Below are positions 63,015-64,000 of a stretch of DNA of 64,000 nt, one piece after another. The notes beneath the pieces are model-generated. The model did not search any database and was not told the DNA's origin. It saw only the letters and a program-made list of their open reading frames with translations. The stretch covers positions 66,955-130,954 of the forward strand of contig NIVC01001464.1 of assembly GCA_002269645.1 (NCBI GenBank), written 5' to 3'. The stretch's first letter is position 1, and the number at the start of each line of letters is the position of its first letter. Both the position numbers and the translations under genes were made by a program. The DNA comes from Macrostomum lignano. Taxonomy: Eukaryota.

Positions 63015-63469
63015 GGGACCGCCTGATTCGGAGCAAGGAGTCTCGGTTGCTGAACTTTCTAAATTCTAAAACCTTCTGGTTGCTGCAACTCTAACCGCAG
63101 TTAATATATACTCAAGATATGTTACCTGAGTTCAAATAAAATGTCAATATTCACTGCCGAATGGAAAGAATTTTATCGGCTTCTGAGCAGAGTTACTACA
63201 ATAGCAGTAGCAACCAAACCATATATTGCTGCCTCACAATCGACTCATGCATAATCATGTGTCAGCTCTCGCAACACTCAATAATATTCACGCCAATTTC
63301 TCCGCATTGGATTACTTTTTGGTTGCGGAAAAAATTAAGATTTTTAATTATACTCAGAAATATTACTGGCATGTGCAGCAGCAACCACAACAGCTTCTGG
63401 TAGGTGCCGTCTTAGGTGTTTCCAATGTTTAAACGCGTTGAACCTGTAGCTAGCAACAGAATTTATTTA

Positions 63470-63540
63470 CTTTGTATTTACTTCTTACTTACTTCGTACT
63501 TACTTCTTACTTACTTCGTATTTACTTCGTATTTACTTTG
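63470..63540. repeat. (TACT/TTCG)-type simple repeat
   Basis: TACTTACTTC-like units. Confidence 0.75.
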
Positions 63541-64000
63541 ACCGACTGACTGATCGAAGCAGTCAGTGAGCAGGCTAAATACGAGCCACATATCATAATT
63601 AACCGTAGGAATGCCAAGTCCTTTGCCTGTCTAAATACAATACCCTGAATTTGAAGACATTTTGTTGCGCCAGAACGGAGCAAGGCATGAGGCACACCGG
63701 CACCGGACACCGGCCTATAACTTTTTATTGCACACCTTTTCAAAGAAGAGTCAATTCGCCAGCCCTCCCGGATCGTCGAGATATTCGACGATTTTGCCGC
63801 CAGAATTTCGAATTTCTTTCATTCATCTGATGACGGAGTGCTTGAGAGACCAGCTGAGGATGGTCCAGCAGTTGAGCTTTGTCCACTCTCAATTAAGAAA
63901 CTCAATTAAGAAATTCGCAACGGGGTGTTCATAGTCGCCTGGTGCCACCTGTTGAAGGTCACAGAAGCGATCTGCATAGGTGAAGGCCAATAACCAACGA

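Overview
Eukaryotic (metazoan) genomic DNA with GT-AG spliceosomal introns. GC-rich exons with Q/S-rich inserts and introns packed with minisatellites are reminiscent of the flatworm Macrostomum; this is inference, not established from the sequence. Eight protein-coding genes were assembled by hand from splice sites and reading phase. They form two head-to-head clusters diverging from a 3.3-kb region at 35043-38363. Minus strand: an ALK4/5/7-type TGF-beta/activin type I receptor with an unusually long ectodomain, then TTC1, then STARD10. Plus strand: DNAAF1, MRPL54, NUDT14, TTC21B/IFT139, and a secreted WSC + PAN-like gene with an apparent 1-bp frameshift. Short, similar spacers and orphan 3' splice acceptors upstream of start codons suggest SL trans-spliced operons. 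18 of 23 introns contain their own tandem-repeat array. Receptor intron 1 is instead a nest of non-autonomous DNA transposons with recognisable TIRs/TSDs, and a tRNA-derived SINE family has five copies. Most long ORFs in the supplied track are artefacts of repeats.
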